A stretch of 64,000 nt of DNA from Anaeramoeba ignava BMAN (GCA_028826165.1 JAPDFW010000147.1:558001-622000); one strand, 5' to 3'; counted from the first letter of the stretch, positions 1 through 16,000 are shown. Translations and numbers: made by a program. The notes: a model not told the origin generated them from the sequence alone.

Positions 1-3000
1 AAGTATTTAATGGGATTCTGATTATTGGTTCAACACAATAAAATCCATAAAAAATTGAATTTGCTTCATCTCTTAGTGATGAGTTAAAATATTGACTAAT
101 ATTACAAAGTGTTTTTCCTAAGAGTCTTCTTTCATTTTTTTTTGTGAATATTTTTTTGAATAATTGCTTATATAAACTTGGCCAAATAGCTTTTGTAATT
201 CTTGGATCTGTTTCCATAATTTTAGATAAGGGTTTGATTAAATCAAAAAGTGTTGCTTTTTTTGTAAAATTGGATTTTTTTGCATGAACTTCTTTTTTTG
301 TTATTTTGAGTCTTTTTATTTTTAAATCTTGGTTTGAATCATCAAAAATAAGTTCTTGAAGATAACCTAATGAAAGAGCGTTTGGTAATAGAAACTTTTC
401 TGCTTCAATAATATAGAAAATAATCTTGATTAAATAATTTAGTCTCCATGGAACTAAATTGAATTGAGAATTTTGAGAAAGAAATTTCATAATAAATTCC
501 TCAAATGATAAATCTTTGACTTGTTCTAATGCAATATTAAAAAATAATCTTCTTTTTTTCGGATCTTTGGAAAGAAATCCAAGTGAAAACAAATCTTGGA
601 AAAATTGACAAGATTCTGTAAAATATTGTATTTTTGTTGCTTCAATAATCATTTCTAAAATTTCGTTTTGAATATTTTCATTTTGTATTCTTTGATAAAG
701 AGCAATCAAGTTTTTGAAAATATTAAATTTTTGTTCAAATGTTAATATTATCTTTTTGGGTTTATTTTGTGTTTCGTTATTTATAACTATTTTTGTTGGA
801 CTATCTTCGCTTGGATGATTATTATTTAAATTTAAATTTAAATTTTCATTTGTTTTATTATTTTCTGTTTCATTTTTATCAATTAAAGAAAATTTGATAA
901 TTTTGATGATTTTAAGAATTAAGTTTTGATCTGGTGATTTTCTAAATAAAACATTAATATATAATAGAAAATTATCAATATAATTGGTTACTTTTGGGAT
1001 TTTCAAGAATATTATTATAAAACATTGATAAATATTTTTAGAAAGTATTAAATGATCTTCTTTTGATAACAATTGGCTTGATGTTTCTATTTGAACAAAA
1101 TTGCAAAAAATCTTGAATATTGGTTCAAAATACTTTTCATACCAACTTGGAGAAACTTTGTTGACAATTTCCAAGAAATAAGTAATAGAAGTAATAGGTT
1201 CTTTTATCAAATCTTGTTGAGAAAGTTTATATAATATAAATTCATCAATAATTCTCTTCATCATTTGAAATTCAAGATTATTATTATTATTATTATTTGA
1301 ATTTGTGGTAATTTTGTTTAGATTATTCAAATCTTGTTGTGTTTGATCTTCATTTGATATTTTTGGGTTATTTTCTGAAATTAATACTAAATTTTCAAGT
1401 ATTTTAGGACTTATTTGATCAAGAATTATATTTTTAAGGAAATATCTAAGCTTTCCTTCCCATCTAAATATATTTTGTCTGATTAAATGAGGATGATGTA
1501 AAATTATATTTGAAAATATTCCAATAAATGCTTTTGTTTCTTTAATATTTTGAGCAGATCTTAATTCGTCAAATTCATCCACAAATTTCTGAATATTTTC
1601 AAGTGATATTGAGTCTGGTCTGATATCCAAAATTTGGGAAAGCAATTCTGAATATTGTTTGATTAATTCTTCAACACCTGATATTATATTATTAAACACT
1701 AAAACTGAAACCAAATCAATGAATTTTTTTTCTTTCATTTCTCGTGTTTTAATGTAATCTGGATCGTTAATATTCTGTGTTTTTTCTTCATTATGAAGTT
1801 CAAAATTTCTTTTTAATCTTAATTCCCTTAGTTCCCAATTTATTAAAATACCCAAACTATTAGCAACTTCTTTTGAAAGTGATAAATCTGATCTAAAAGG
1901 TAATTTGTAAAATATTTCTAAAATGGAAATTTTGAGTTTCTGTTTGAAATGATAAAAGAATTTTTCATGTTTTTCAATAATATGAAAAATTGACCAATGA
2001 AGAGAAGGATCTTTTTGGAAAATGGTTATAAATTTAGAAATGAGAAGAGAAATTTCATTATTTTCTATTTGGGGCTTTTTTGTATTATCTTTTTGATCTT
2101 CTTCTTCCATTGAAATATTTTCTTTGTTTTCTTTGTTCTCATTTTCGATTGATGCATTAAAATGTAATTGAGTGGATAGAAATTCAATAAATTCATCTAA
2201 ACATTTGCGTTCATTTTGGAAGAAAATGGGAGATAATTCTCTTAATTTTTTAAAATAGATGGATTGTCGATTTTCAATTTTAACTTCTTTTATAATTAAT
2301 ATCATCATTTCTGATAAAGTTTGATAAGGAATTGGAACACCCAGTTTAAGTAACTTCAAAATTACTGAGCATGAATAATATCCAACAAACATATCTCGAC
2401 TTTTCATCATTTCCAAAGCAAACACTTTAATTTTCTCAATTTGGTTTGAATTTAAAGCAATATAATCAATTTGCAAAATCAATAAAGAAATCCTAATTAA
2501 GAAGAAAATGAGATGATTTTCAAGATCAACATCTCTGTTGTATTCTTCAAAATTGAATTTCTCTTGTTTATGTTTATTTCTTGTTGGGAAGAATTTACTG
2601 ATTTCCTCCATTTTCAATAATTGGATAAATTTATCAACAATTTCCAATTCAAATATTTTTTGTTTTTGATCTTTATCTTGCTCTAATTCGTGATAAAGAA
2701 GTGGTATTAGTATTAAACGCAGAACATCAAGTCTATTTTGTGGATTTTTTGATTCATCCAAAAGAAATGAATGTATTGATTGTATTAATTTTTGTTTAAA
2801 AGTTGGGGAATAAATTTTGTAAATTCCATTGTATAAAAATTCCAATATATCTAATGTATCAACAAGAGTTTCATCTTTTTGGAAATCTGCAAGACTAAAT
2901 AAAATTTCAATCATCAATTCATCGTTACTAATTGTTTGATTTAATATATATAGTAGGCATTTTGTTAAAAATAAATATAAATCATAAGCACATAGAAGAT

Positions 3001-6000
3001 TATCAAAATCATTTGTATCTTCGCATAATTTTCTGAAAAGTTTCCAACAATGTAAAATGCTTTTAATTAGATTTTCATCTTTTAATAAAATTTTTGGATT
3101 AAATTTAAATAAAATTTGGATCAATTTAACCAAATTGAAATGAGTAATCTTCTTTTCATTATTTATAACTGAATTTGATTGATTTTCGAGTAGATTTGCA
3201 ATTTCTTTTGTTTTATTTTCCAAATTTTGTCTTATTTTTGGAGATGTTTCCTCAAGAAGAATATTGAAGAATAAATTTGTTTTGGCATTTTCCGAGATTT
3301 GATTTAAGAAATATGTTGTTGTTTTTCAGGAAACAAGTTGAAGTAAATGCTTAATATTTGGTAATATTTTTTCAATTCTGATGTTGAAAGATAATCATTT
3401 AAAGATTCTACAATATTAATTAAATCATCAAAAAATTCTTCTGCAGATTTAAGATAATGCAATATTTTCATTAACGATTCACCAATCTTGAATTCTTGGA
3501 TATCAAATAGTTTTTCTTTACGATTTTCAATTAATTTTGATGACCATTGATTCAAGTGATTGATTAAAAAGCTTCCCAAGTTTCTATTGAAATAACTTGA
3601 AAATGTCTTGACAATAACTCTAATAGATTTAATATTTTGAGGAGTTAATTTGTCATGACTTTCAAGAGGTACAAGAAGTTTTCTGAAATGGGATTGAAGC
3701 TCTTTTTCTGTTGTTATTTTTTCTACACGCAAACGTTGTAATCCATATTTAATTTCTTTTACAATTTTTGGCTGGTCATGAACTGCTAATAATATTAATT
3801 CTGCTAAAATTGGTTCTATTGAATTGTTTTCTTTTGGTTTTTGAGAAAAAAGAAATTCAAAAAGGAATTTGATAATTATTGCAAGTAAATTATTTGATAT
3901 TTCTTGTTGTTGTTTTTGTTCTTCGTCTATAAAGTTAAATTTATTTTCGAAATCATTATTATTATTATTATCATCTTTTTGTATTTCTTTTTCTTCATTT
4001 TTATTTTTTTGTATAATTAAAAGACATTCATTTGAGAGTGAATGAATATATTTGGCAAATTTAGGAAATGTTTCTTTATTAAAATGTGTATTTTTTAAGA
4101 TGAATAAATTTCCATCAAGAATTCCTGCTTGTTCCAATTGATTTTTTTGTTGAAAATTGTCTGAATCATTTGTTTCATTTGATTTACTAAGTTTTGATTC
4201 TAAATTTGGTTTGATTAAATCTGAAATTGAAATGAGAAACTCTTCAGAAATTAAAACTATTATTTCTTTCGAAATTTCTCTAGGAATTTGACTAATATTA
4301 AAAATTTCATTAAAAAAGATTTCCATCAAGTTTTGAATATGTAAAGGTATTAATTTAGAGGATTTTTCTTTGAATTTAGATTTATTTTTGCTATTACTAT
4401 TATTATTGCTATTACTATTATAACCATTTTCATTTTGAAGATTATCATCTGAGACATATTCTTTGGAAGATTCTGCATCAGAAACATATGGTTCTGATTC
4501 TTTTAAATATTTTCCAATTTTAATTATGCTAATTAATGAATTTTTTGCCTTTTGGATAATTAATGAATTATTATTATTATTATTATTTATAATAAAAATT
4601 ATTGCTTTTGTCATTTCTGTAATAAATTGAAGAAGAAACAATTCAGGTAATTTTTGACAAAATTTAGAAAATATTTCACAAGATCCAATTTGTAAATTTT
4701 CTTTTTTTGAATAACAATTATGAATTGCAGAATTTAATATTCTTGAAAATAATAATTGGAAATATGTTTCTTCAATTTGAGAACGATTTGAAAGATAGAA
4801 AGTATCAATAAATTTATCTAATAAAGATAAACCAAATGGAAAATTTTGTTGTTTACTTTTTTGTGAAAGTAAATTTGTGATTGAATCTGAAAGTAAAAAT
4901 GGAGGATATAATATTTCAAAGAATATCTTATATTTTGATTTAAGAGATTTTTTAGTTTCATTAATATTTGATTGAATCAAGATATTTTCATCTAAGTTAT
5001 CAAAACTGAAAGATTCATGAATTAATTGGTGTGAAGCAATAAAAATTTGATTTGTGAATGAGAACAAGTTTTCTGTAAATAAGGAATTTTTTTCATTTTC
5101 TTTTTGATTTTTTTCATTTTCTTTTTGATTTTTCATTTTTGATTTTGATTTTTTTCATTTTGATTTTTTTCATTTTGATTTTTTTCTTTTTGATTTTTTT
5201 CATTTTGATTTTTTTCATTTTGATTTTTTTGATTTTGATTTTTGATTTTGATTTTCTTTTTCTTTTTGGAATTGTTGAGAAGAATATAATAAAATAGTAA
5301 TGATTTTGTTAATTATTTTCTTTGTTTTTTTGCTTGTTTTGAGATATTTTGAATAATTTAATTGAGTAATTGTTTCTTCATTGAAAATATTAAATATTTG
5401 TTTAGGATCATTTTGGTTTTGATTTTCATTTTGATTTTCATTTTGATTTTCATTTTGATTTTCATTTTGATTTTCATTTTCATTTTGATTTTGATTTTCA
5501 TTTTGATTTTCTATTTCTTCATCTGTTTCATTTTCTGTTTCTTTATCTGTTTCTTCATTTTCTTTATCTGATTCTCCATTTGTTTCATTTTCTGTTTCTT
5601 CATTTTCTGTTTCTTCATTTTCTGTTTCACCATCTGTTTCATTTTCTGTTGTTTTATCTATTTCTTCATTTTCATTTATTTCTTCATCTATTTCTTCATC
5701 TGTTTCTTCATCTATTTCTTCATCTATTTCTTCATCTATTTCTTCATCTATTTCTTCATCTGTTTCTTCATCTGTTTCTTCATCTGTTTCTGATTCTTCT
5801 TTTTTTCTTTTCTTTTTTGATTGCTTTGATTTGAATTTTTGTTTAGATATTGATCTTGTTTTTGTATTTGATCTTAATCCTGATCTTAATCTTGATTTTG
5901 ATTTTGATTTTTGTTTTGATTTTGATTTTGATTTTGGTTTTGGTTTTGATTTTGATTTTGATTTTGATTTTGATTTTGATTTTGATATTGATTTTGATTT

Positions 6001-9000
6001 TGGTTTTGATTTTGATTTTGATTTTGATTTTGATTTTAATATTGGTTTTGATTTCGGTTTTGGTTTTGGTTTTGGTTTTGTTGTTTTTATTATTTTTGGT
6101 TTTATTATTGTTTTTATTTTAATTTCTTTTGATTTTTGAGATAATGTTTTTGATTCTGATTTTGGAGTCTTATTAATTTTCTTTTTACTTATTAAAATTA
6201 ATTTTTGATGAATTTCTTTTAAAGAAGATATTTTATGAAAAATATTTTGAATCCAACCAAAAAGTAAATTTCCAAGAAATTTAAATGAATATTTTTTGTT
6301 TTGAGATTTTGAATTCGATGAAAGAATATTAAGAGTAATATCAATACATTGAGAAATATCAAATGAAATATTTTGGAAAGAATTAGAAGTAAAATTTAAA
6401 GAATTTGAATGAGAAATTTGGAAAGAAACTTTAAAGTTTTTTAAATTATAATTTTTTCCTTTAATATTTGGGAATTCCTCACGAGAATTATAAATAAACT
6501 GTCTTCCAGTTCCTGCTAATTTACCAATAATACTTGAAACTTGAACAAGAAATTCTGAGTTTTCAGATCTAAGATGTTTTGTTATTGAAAGAATAAATTT
6601 TTTTTGAATATTAGGCAATCCAATTTTTTGAAAGAAATATTGGGGAGAAAGATTATCAATAATTTTTTCAATTCTAACAAGAGCTTTTAGAACAAAATCT
6701 TGTTCTTTTGAATTGAGTGCATGAATTAAATAGAATATATAAAATTGAATATATTCTGGAAGAAAAGGTAAATTAAGTGGGATATTAACAATAAATTGAA
6801 TTATTGCCTTTTGTGTTTGGCTTGAAAGAGTAAGAAAAGAAGAATGAAAAAGCTCCAAAATAGTTGATAATTTTGAAAAAATTGAAGAATTTAATATTGG
6901 AGATATATTTGAAGCCATGAAAGTTATTCTTAGTAAATTTATATGAGGAATTGATTCTTTGTTTTTCTTGAGAATATTTATGGATTGATGAATAATTTGG
7001 GGAATTAAATTAGTTAGTAAATTCTGGAAAAATGTTAGTTGATTTTGATTTTGACTAAAATGATTTTGATTTTGATTTTGATTTTGATTTTGATTTTGAT
7101 TTTGATTTTGATTTTGATTTTGATTTTGATTTTGATTTTGATTTTGATTTTGATTTTGATTTTGATTTTGATTTTGATTTTGTTGTAATTGTAATTGTAA
7201 TTGTTGTTGATGTGATTGTATTGAATTTGGTTTCAATATTTGTTCAAATAGAAAGCAAGAATACTTCAAATTTTCTGATTGATTTTTAGTTTGAGTAACA
7301 GAATCAAGAACAAATGATAAAATGATTTCGATTAAAAATACATGAAAATTTGGGAAATCCAAGAAAATCTTGACTAATTTAATTAATGAAGGGTGTTTTT
7401 CTGCATTTTCTGCAATGAATTGTAAATTATTTTTGAAGAGAATATAAAATGATTTTTTCCCAAATTCCAAAAAGAATGAAGAAATGAATTCAATAATATT
7501 TTCTGAGGAAATCCAATCAGAATTTGAGTAAGAAGTAGGTTTGAAATGTGTTTCAACTTCGAAAAAATGTATCAAGAATTTAAGTGACTTTTTGAAAATT
7601 TTATTCATTAATAAAAATCCAGTTTTGGTTAATTCAAGATGACCATCTAATATAAAAAATGGGAAAATTCCTTGTAAAGCACTGTGGAAATTATTTATTT
7701 TGAATGTTGATTCAATAATAGGATTTGAAGTAATGTTGTTATGAATTTGGATTTTGTGATTATTTTTTGAAGGGATATTTTCTGATGTTTCAATTTCCAT
7801 TTTGTTATTATTTGAATCATTATTTGAATCATTATTATTATTATTATTTGAATCATTATTTATAGTATTGTTGTGATTTTCTTCTATATAATTAGAAATG
7901 AACCAAGAAGAATAATCAGGCTTATCTGATATAAATTTAATATTTTCAGGAAATGTTTTCATAATTCTTCGCATTAACGAAAGAAGAGATTTTAGAGTTT
8001 GCAAAAGTTGTTGAACAAGATTTTTTATAATAAGAAATGATTTTTTTTGAGTTTCTTCAAAATTGATTTGCTGATGATAATTTGAATTTTGTGAATCTTT
8101 ATAAATATTAGCTTGAGGAGGATTAAGAGAAAATAATTTTTTTGTCATGAAAATTAAATTAGTAAATTTATTCCATAATGAATAGAATATTTTGAATAAA
8201 GATTCTAATGAGTTCTGTACATTTTCAGAAGTGATAGTTAGGAAGAATTTATCAAACAAATCATATATTTTAAAGAGGAAAATTTGAGATGAATCAATAG
8301 AGAAATTAGTTGTATTAAAATTATCAGCAATCCAATTTAAAATTTTGGTAAAGGATATATTTGAGATGCGATTTAAAGAGATTTGGATGAGATTCAAAAG
8401 ACTTCTATTGATACGAATACCAAAAAGCTGATGGAAAACATAGCTTTTGTTTAACAAATAATAAGTATCAATCAAATCTTGAATATACAAATGAATACTA
8501 TCAGGATCAAGAGAAAACCATTTCTGAAGAAATAGAGCCACAAATTTCCTTTCAAGAACAGATTCTGTTGGTGAGTTTCTGAGGAAAAGAAAGGCTTGTT
8601 TGATAATGGGTTTAAGAGTTCTTTTGTTTTCTGGTGATTCCTTGAAAAGTAGTGAGAAAATTATTGAGCGTGAATTAACAAATTGGAAATAAAAATGAGG
8701 ATTTGTTAAAATGGAGCTTTCGGGAACTTGCAGAAGTAGTATTTTAAATAGAGGATTGCTCATTTCGTTTTTGGGGTTCTTTTCTGATATTAAAGAAGAA
8801 GTGCTTGAAAATAAAAACATCGACATTTCGTTAAATATAACAAAAGATTGAGTTCCTTTTCTTGTCAATTCGTTGTCATTTTGTTGATTTATTAAAACAG
8901 ACAATGTTTTCTTATCAGAAAGTGATTTTATAATTGTTTTGTATAAATTCAGGAACTCTTTGTGTTTTGAAGGATTGATTTGAGTGAATCTGAAAATGAT

Positions 9001-9387
9001 TTTCATTATTTTGAATGATAAAATTGAGTTTTTTTCATTATCTTGATTGATAACTTGAAAACATATTGAAAACAAAAAATTAAGAATTTGCGCAATTTGT
9101 TTATCATCAATTTTCTTGTTTAATTTCTTTAATTTCTGGTATAAATGTGTTGTAAAAGATTCCATAATTTTAAGGTTTATTCTTCTGAATTTATAAATGA
9201 AATTTTTTTCAAATTGTGGAGGTGTTTTTTGATTTTCAAGTGTATCTCTAAAAAGATTTAAATAAAGTCCTTTCAAATCCATTATTTCAGTTGTATTTCT
9301 TGTTTCTTGAAAGACAAGTTTTGCAAATTTAATTTTTGTTTGAATATCTTCACTTTCATTTATATCTTGAATATATTTTCTGATCAT
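1..9387 (-). CDS. TRRAP: TRRAP/Tra1-like giant HEAT-repeat protein (N-terminal part; runs off the left edge; split by probable assembly frameshifts near 5140-5220 and ~3300)
   Basis: ORFs 5215..9387 and 3304..5136 plus coding-like sequence continuing to position 1. Motifs resemble Tra1/TRRAP: PPQFEKNFIYKFRRINLKI, DNEKNSILSFKIMKIIFR, LEKIIDNLSPQYF-like segment, SSIIGKLAGTGRQF, and near the edge WPSLYKQLF...CVEPIIRIP. Contains (QN)n, (KS/KP)n and EETD low-complexity inserts. The FAT/PIKK domains would lie outside the window. Confidence 0.8.
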
Positions 9388-9666
9388 AGAATTCTATTTA
9401 ATTATAATTTTATTTTTTTTTTTTCTTTCTAAAAATAAAATTATAAAAGAAAAAAAAACAATTTAACAAAGAAACAAAGAAAGAAAGAAAGAAAGAAAGA
9501 AAAAAATGAAATTTTTAATTTCTTAAAAAAAAATTTTTCAATTTAAAATTTTGTTCTGTTTTTATTTCCTTTTAAAATGTAAAAAGAAAAATTATTATTT
9601 TTGAAATGAAAAAAAAATGTCTTTAAAAATTATTGTTCTTTTCTTTTCTTTTCTTTTCTTTTCTAT

Positions 9667-12600
9667 TTATTTTTTTCTTAAAGATAAGACATAATTTTGA
9701 AGTTCTTCTCTTTTCTTTTTAGCTCTTTTTTGAGTTCCAAGTCTTTTTTTGCAAAATTTCAAAGCTCTTTTTTCTCTTCCATTTTTAATAAGTTCAATAG
9801 TTCTTCTTTCATAAGGTGCAAAACCAGAAACTTCTCTAATAAGTTGTCTAATAAAATAAACTCTTTTTGAAGTTCTCTAAAATTTTATATATAATTTTAT
9901 AAATAATTTTATAAATAATTTTATAAATAATTTTATATTTAATTTTATATTTAATTTTATATTTAATTTTATAAATAATTTTATAATTAATTTTATAAAT
10001 AATTTTATAATTAATTTTATAAATAATTTTATAAATAATTTTATAAATAATTTTATAAATAATTTTATAATTAATTTTATAAATAATTTTATAAATAATT
10101 TTATAAATAATTTTATAAATAATTTTATAATTAATTTTATATTTAATTTTATATAATTTTAATTTTATATTTAATTTTATAATTAATTTTATAAATAATT
10201 TTATAATTAATTTTATAATTAATTTTATATTTAATTTTATATTTAATTTTATAAATAATTTTAATAAATAATTTTATATTTAATTTAATAAATAATTTTA
10301 TATTTAATTTTAATAAATAATTTTATAAATAATTTTATATTTAATTTTATAAATAATTTTATAAATAATTTTATAAATAATTTTATATTTAATTTTATAT
10401 TTAATTTTATAAATAATTTTATAAATAATTTTATATTTAATTTTATAAATAATTTTATATTTAATTTTATATTTAATTTTATATTTAATTTTATAAATAA
10501 TTTTATAAAATAATTTTATATAATTTTATAAATAATTTTATATTTAATTTTTATAAATAATTTTATAAATAATTTTATAAATAATTTTATAAATAATTTT
10601 ATAAATAATTTTATAAATAATTTTTTATAAATAAATAATTTTATAAATAATTTTATATTTAATTTTATATTTAATTTTATATTTAATTTTATATAATTTT
10701 ATATTTAATTTTTATTAATTTTTATAAATAATTTTATAAATAATTTTATATTTAATTTTATAAATAATTTTATATTTAATTTTTATAATTTAATTTTATA
10801 TTTAATTTTATAAATAATTTTTATAAAATAATTTAATAAATAATTTTATAAATAATTTTTATAAAATAATTTTATAAATAATTTTATATTTAATTTTATA
10901 AATAATTTTATAAATAATTTTATATTTAATTTTATAAATAATTTTATAAATTTAATTTTATAAATAATTTTATATATAATTTTATATTTAATTTTATAAA
11001 TAATTTTATAAATAATTTTATAATTAATTTTATAAATAATTTTAATTTAATTTTATAAATAATTTTATAAATAATTTTATAAATAATTTTATAAATAATT
11101 TTATATTTAATTTTATATTTAATTTTTATAAATAATTTTATAATTTAATTTTATAAATAATTTTATAAATAATTTTATAAATAATTTTTATAAATAATTT
11201 TATAAATAATTTTATAATTAATTTTATATTTAATTTTATAATATTTAATTTTATAAATTAATTTTATATTTAATTTTTATATTTTAATTTTTAATTTTAT
11301 TTTAACCAAATAATTTTATAAAATAATTTTATAAATAATTTTTATATATAATTTTTATTAATTTAATTTTATAAATAATTTTATAAATAATTTTATTTAA
11401 TTTTATAATAATTTTATAAATAATTTTATAAATAATTTTATAAATAATTTTATAATAATTTTATAAATAATTTTATAAATAATTTTATAAATAATTTTAT
11501 ATATAATTTTAAATTTAATTTTATAATTAATTTTATATTTAATTTTATAAATAATTTTTATAATTAATTTTATAAATAATTTTATATTTAATTTTATAAA
11601 TAATTTTATAAATAATTTTATAAATAATTTTATAAATAATTTTATAAATAATTTTATAAATAATTTTTATTTATAAATAATTTTATAAATAATTTTATAT
11701 TTAATTTTATATTTAATTTTATAAATAATTTTATATTATAATTTTATATTTTATAATTTAATTTTATAAATAATTTTTATAATCAATTTTAATTTTTTAA
11801 TTTTATATTTAATTTAATAATTAATTTTTAATTTTTTTAATTTTAATTTTTATATTTAATTTTATAAATTAATTTTATAAATAATTTTATATTTAATTTT
11901 ATATTTAATTTTATAATTAATTTTATATTTAATTTTATAAATAATTTTATATTTAATTTTATAAATAATTTTATAAATAATTTTATATTTAATTTTATAT
12001 ATAATTTTATAAATAATTTTTAAATAATTAATTTTATAATTAATTTTATAAATAATTTTATAAATAATTTTATATTTAATTTTATATTTAATTTTATATT
12101 TAATTTTATAAATAATTTTATATTTAATTTTATAAATTAATTTTATAAATAATTTTTATAATTAATTTTATAAATAATTTTATATTTAATTTTATAAATA
12201 ATTTTATATTTAATTTTTATGGATAATTTTATAAATAATTTTATAAATAATTTTATATTTAATTTTATAAATAATTTTATTAATAATTTTATAATTAATT
12301 TTATAAATAATTTTATAAATAAATTTTTTATATTTAATTTTATATTTAATTTTATAAATAATTTTATATTTAATTTTATATTTAATTTTATATTTAATTT
12401 TATATTTAATTTTATATTTAATTTTATATTTAATTTTATATTTAATTTTATATATAATTTTATAAATAATTTTTATAAATAATTTTATAATAATTTTATA
12501 TATAATTTTATAAATAATTTTATAAATAATTTTATAAATAATTTTTATATTTAATTTTATAAATAATTTTATATTTAATTTTATAAATAATTTTATATTT

Positions 12601-12885
12601 AATTTTATAAATAATTTTATAAATAATTTTATAATTAATTTTATAAATAATTTTATATTTAATTTTATAAATAATTTTATATTTAATTTTATGGATAATT
12701 TTATAAATAATTTTATAAATAATTTTATATTTAATTTTATTAATAATTTTATAAATAATTTTATAATTAATTTTATATTTAATTTTATAAATAATTTTAT
12801 AATTAATTTTATAAATAATTTAATAATTTACTCCTTTTCTTCTTGAAGGTCTTGTTTTTCTTGGATTTCCTTTAATTGGTGGCAT
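9667..12885 (-). CDS. RPL36: 60S ribosomal protein L36 (eL36), 2 exons: 12832..12885 and 9667..9876
   Basis: Spliced translation [18 protein letters not shown]|[59 protein letters not shown]. Phase-0 intron GTAAAT...TTAG at 9877..12831. Confidence 0.95.
9880..12825. repeat. 12-bp AT-only satellite (TAATTTTATAAA / TAATTTTATATT) filling the ~2.95-kb RPL36 intron
   Basis: Direct reading of the tandem array between the two RPL36 exons. Confidence 0.95.
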
Positions 12886-13013
12886 TTATATAAAAAAAAT
12901 AAAAGGAAAAAAATGAAAAAAAAAAATGAAAAAAAAAAATAAAAAAATTTTTTTCTGATTACTAATTTTTTTAAAAAATTATTTTAAAAAGAAAAAATCA
13001 ATTAATCAATCAA

Positions 13014-16000
13014 TTAATCTTTTTTCTTTTCTAAATCATTTAAACTTGGTGGAAAATTATTGATATTTAAATTTGATTCATTAAATTGTTCATAATCAGA
13101 ATCAATATTTTCATTTTTTTCAAATCCTTGAACATCTAATGGAGAAACAAAAAAAGGATGATTTTCAATATTTTTTAAAGGGAATTTTTCTTGATTTTTT
13201 TCATTTGTTTGAATTTCATTTGGATCATAAAAATCTGAGAAAAGATCTTTATCTGGTGAATTTAAATCATTAATCATTGGTGATATTACTGGTGAACTTA
13301 ATGGATTTTCTCCTATTTTTTGAGATCCTATTTTTGATGCTATTTCTGCAAAGTTATAAAATACTTGAAATATTATTTCTCTTAATGCTTCTGATTGACA
13401 TTTTAAGGAATATTCTCCTAATAATAATTTTGTTTTATCTCCTACTATTTTGAATAACTTTTGATTTTAAATTTTAAATCCAATTTTAATTTTAATTTCA
13501 ATTTTGATTTCAAATTTGATTTTAATTTTAATTTTAATTTCAAATTTTAATTTTAAATCCAATTTTAATTTTGATTTTAATTTTAATTTTTAATACTTTT
13601 GTTGCTTCATTATCCCAATAAAAAAATATTGGTTCTTTTTTAATAATTGATAAAACAACATGGAATGGATCAACACGAAGAAAAGCAGATCTTCCACTTT
13701 CATTAGAAATAAATTTTCCTTGATTTAAAGTTGATTCAACTTCAACTTCAAATGTTGCACTTTTTCTTCTCATACATCGATTTATTATCGCTCTTGATTC
13801 AAATTTAACTATTAAAATAATCGATTTTGAATTGAATTTTGAATTGAATTAAATTTGGAAATGAATTTTGAATTGAAATGAATTTTGAATTTGAATTTTA
13901 ATCTTGAATTGAGTTTTGAATTAAATTTTGAATTAAATTTTGAATTGAATTAAATTGAATTAATTTGAATTAAATTTGAATTAAATTTGGAAATGAATTT
14001 TGAATTGAATTAATTTGAATTAAATTTGGAAATGAATTTTGAATTGAATTAATTTGAATTAAATTGAATTAAATTTGGAAATGAATTTTGAATTAAATTT
14101 GAATTAAATTTTAATTTGAATTTTGAAATTGAATTGAATTGAATTTTAAATTGAAATGGGATTTTTACCCCCAAGAATATGACCAACAATAGGGATCATT
14201 TCAACAAAATTTCCTCTAAAATAATGAAACATTTGAAATAATTTATGAAGAACAAATCTTTGGGATTCATTCTTCAATTTCAAAGAAGTTGTATATTGAG
14301 GAGAAAGAGATAATTGAACAATTTGTTCTTTTGGATCTAAATCAATCTTTTTTTTTTTGAAATAAAAAGAATAAATAACCGTTTTATTATTTATTTTTGT
14401 AAATTAATTTATAATTAAATTTATTTTTTGTATATTAAATTATAATTAAATTTATTTTTTGTATATTAAATTATAATTAAAATTATTTTGTATATTAAAT
14501 TATAATTAAATTTATTTTGTATATTAAATTATAATTAAATTTATTTTGTATATTAAATTATAATTAAATTTATTTTGTATATTAAATTATAATTAAATTT
14601 ATTTTGTATATTAAATTATAATTAAATTTATTTTGTGTATTAAATTATAATTAAATTTATTTTTGTATATTAAATTATAATTAAATTTATTTTTGGTATA
14701 TTAAATTATAATTAAATTTATTTTGTATTTTTAAATTATAATTAAATTTATTTTGTATTTTAAATTATAATTAAATTTATTTTGTGTTTTTAAATTATAA
14801 TTAAATTTATTTTTGTATATTAAATTATAATTAAATTTATTTTTTGAAATATTTTAAATTATAATTAAATTTATTTTTATATTAAATTATAATTAAATTT
14901 ATTTTTGTATATTAAATTATAATTAAATTTATCAATATATTAAATTATAATTAAATTTATTTTGTAAAAAATTATAATTAAAAATGTATTGTTTATAATT
15001 AAATTTATTTTTGTATATTAAATTATAATTAAATCTATTTTGTATTTTAAATTATAAAATTTATTTTGTATATTAAATTATAATTAAATTTATTTTGTAT
15101 TTTAAATTATAGTTAAATTTATTTTCTGTAATAAATTATAACAACAAATTTATTTTTATATTTTTAAATTATAATTAAATTTATTTTTATATTAAATTAT
15201 AGTTAAATTTATTTTGTATATTAAATTATAATTAAATTTATTTTTATATTAAAAATGAAAAATTAAAAATGAAAATTATAAAAATTTATTTTGTATTTTC
15301 ATTTTTAAATTTATTTTTTAAATTATATTCAATTAAATTATTTTTTTATTTTTGGTTTTTAATTGTTTTGTGTTTTAAATTATAATTAAGTTCAATTAAA
15401 TTTATTTTGTATTTTAAATTATAATTAAATTTATTTTTGTATTTTAAATTATAATTAAATTTATTTTAATTAAATTTATTTTGTGTATTTTAAATTATAA
15501 TTAAATTTATTTTGTATTAAATTATAATTAAATTTATTTTGTATTTTAAATTATAGTTAAATTTATTTTCTGTATTAAATTATAATTAAATTTGTTTTTG
15601 TATATTAAAATTATAATTTTATTTATACATTTCATAATTTAAAATTATAATTAAATTTATTTTGTTTTTAAATTATAATTAAATTTATTTTGTGTATTAA
15701 ATTATAATTAAATTTATTTTATGTATTTTAAATTATAAAATTAAATTTTATTTTCATATTTTAAATTATAATTAAATTTATCAGATAATATTAAATTATT
15801 TAAATTTATTTCTTTTTTTTAAATTATAATTAAATTTATTTTGTATTTTTAAATTATAATTAAATTTATTTTATGTATTAAATTATAATTAAATTTATTT
15901 TTATATTTTAAATTATAATTAAATTTATTTTGTTATTTTTTGTATATTTTAAATTATAATTAAATTTATTTTGTATATTAAAATTATAATTAAATTTATT

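Noticed and set aside
5362-6139. Hydrophobic or periodic ORFs (ILIF, DFDF, LHLF), also at 25048-25549, 28745-29237, 31163-32439 and 58773-59832
   Set aside because: They are antisense or shifted-frame shadows of low-complexity coding repeats.
12219-12482. ORFs inside intronic satellites (also 39274-40109, 40684-40869 and 42720-43034)
   Set aside because: They are chance stop-free frames of 12-bp repeats lying within introns of recognisable genes.
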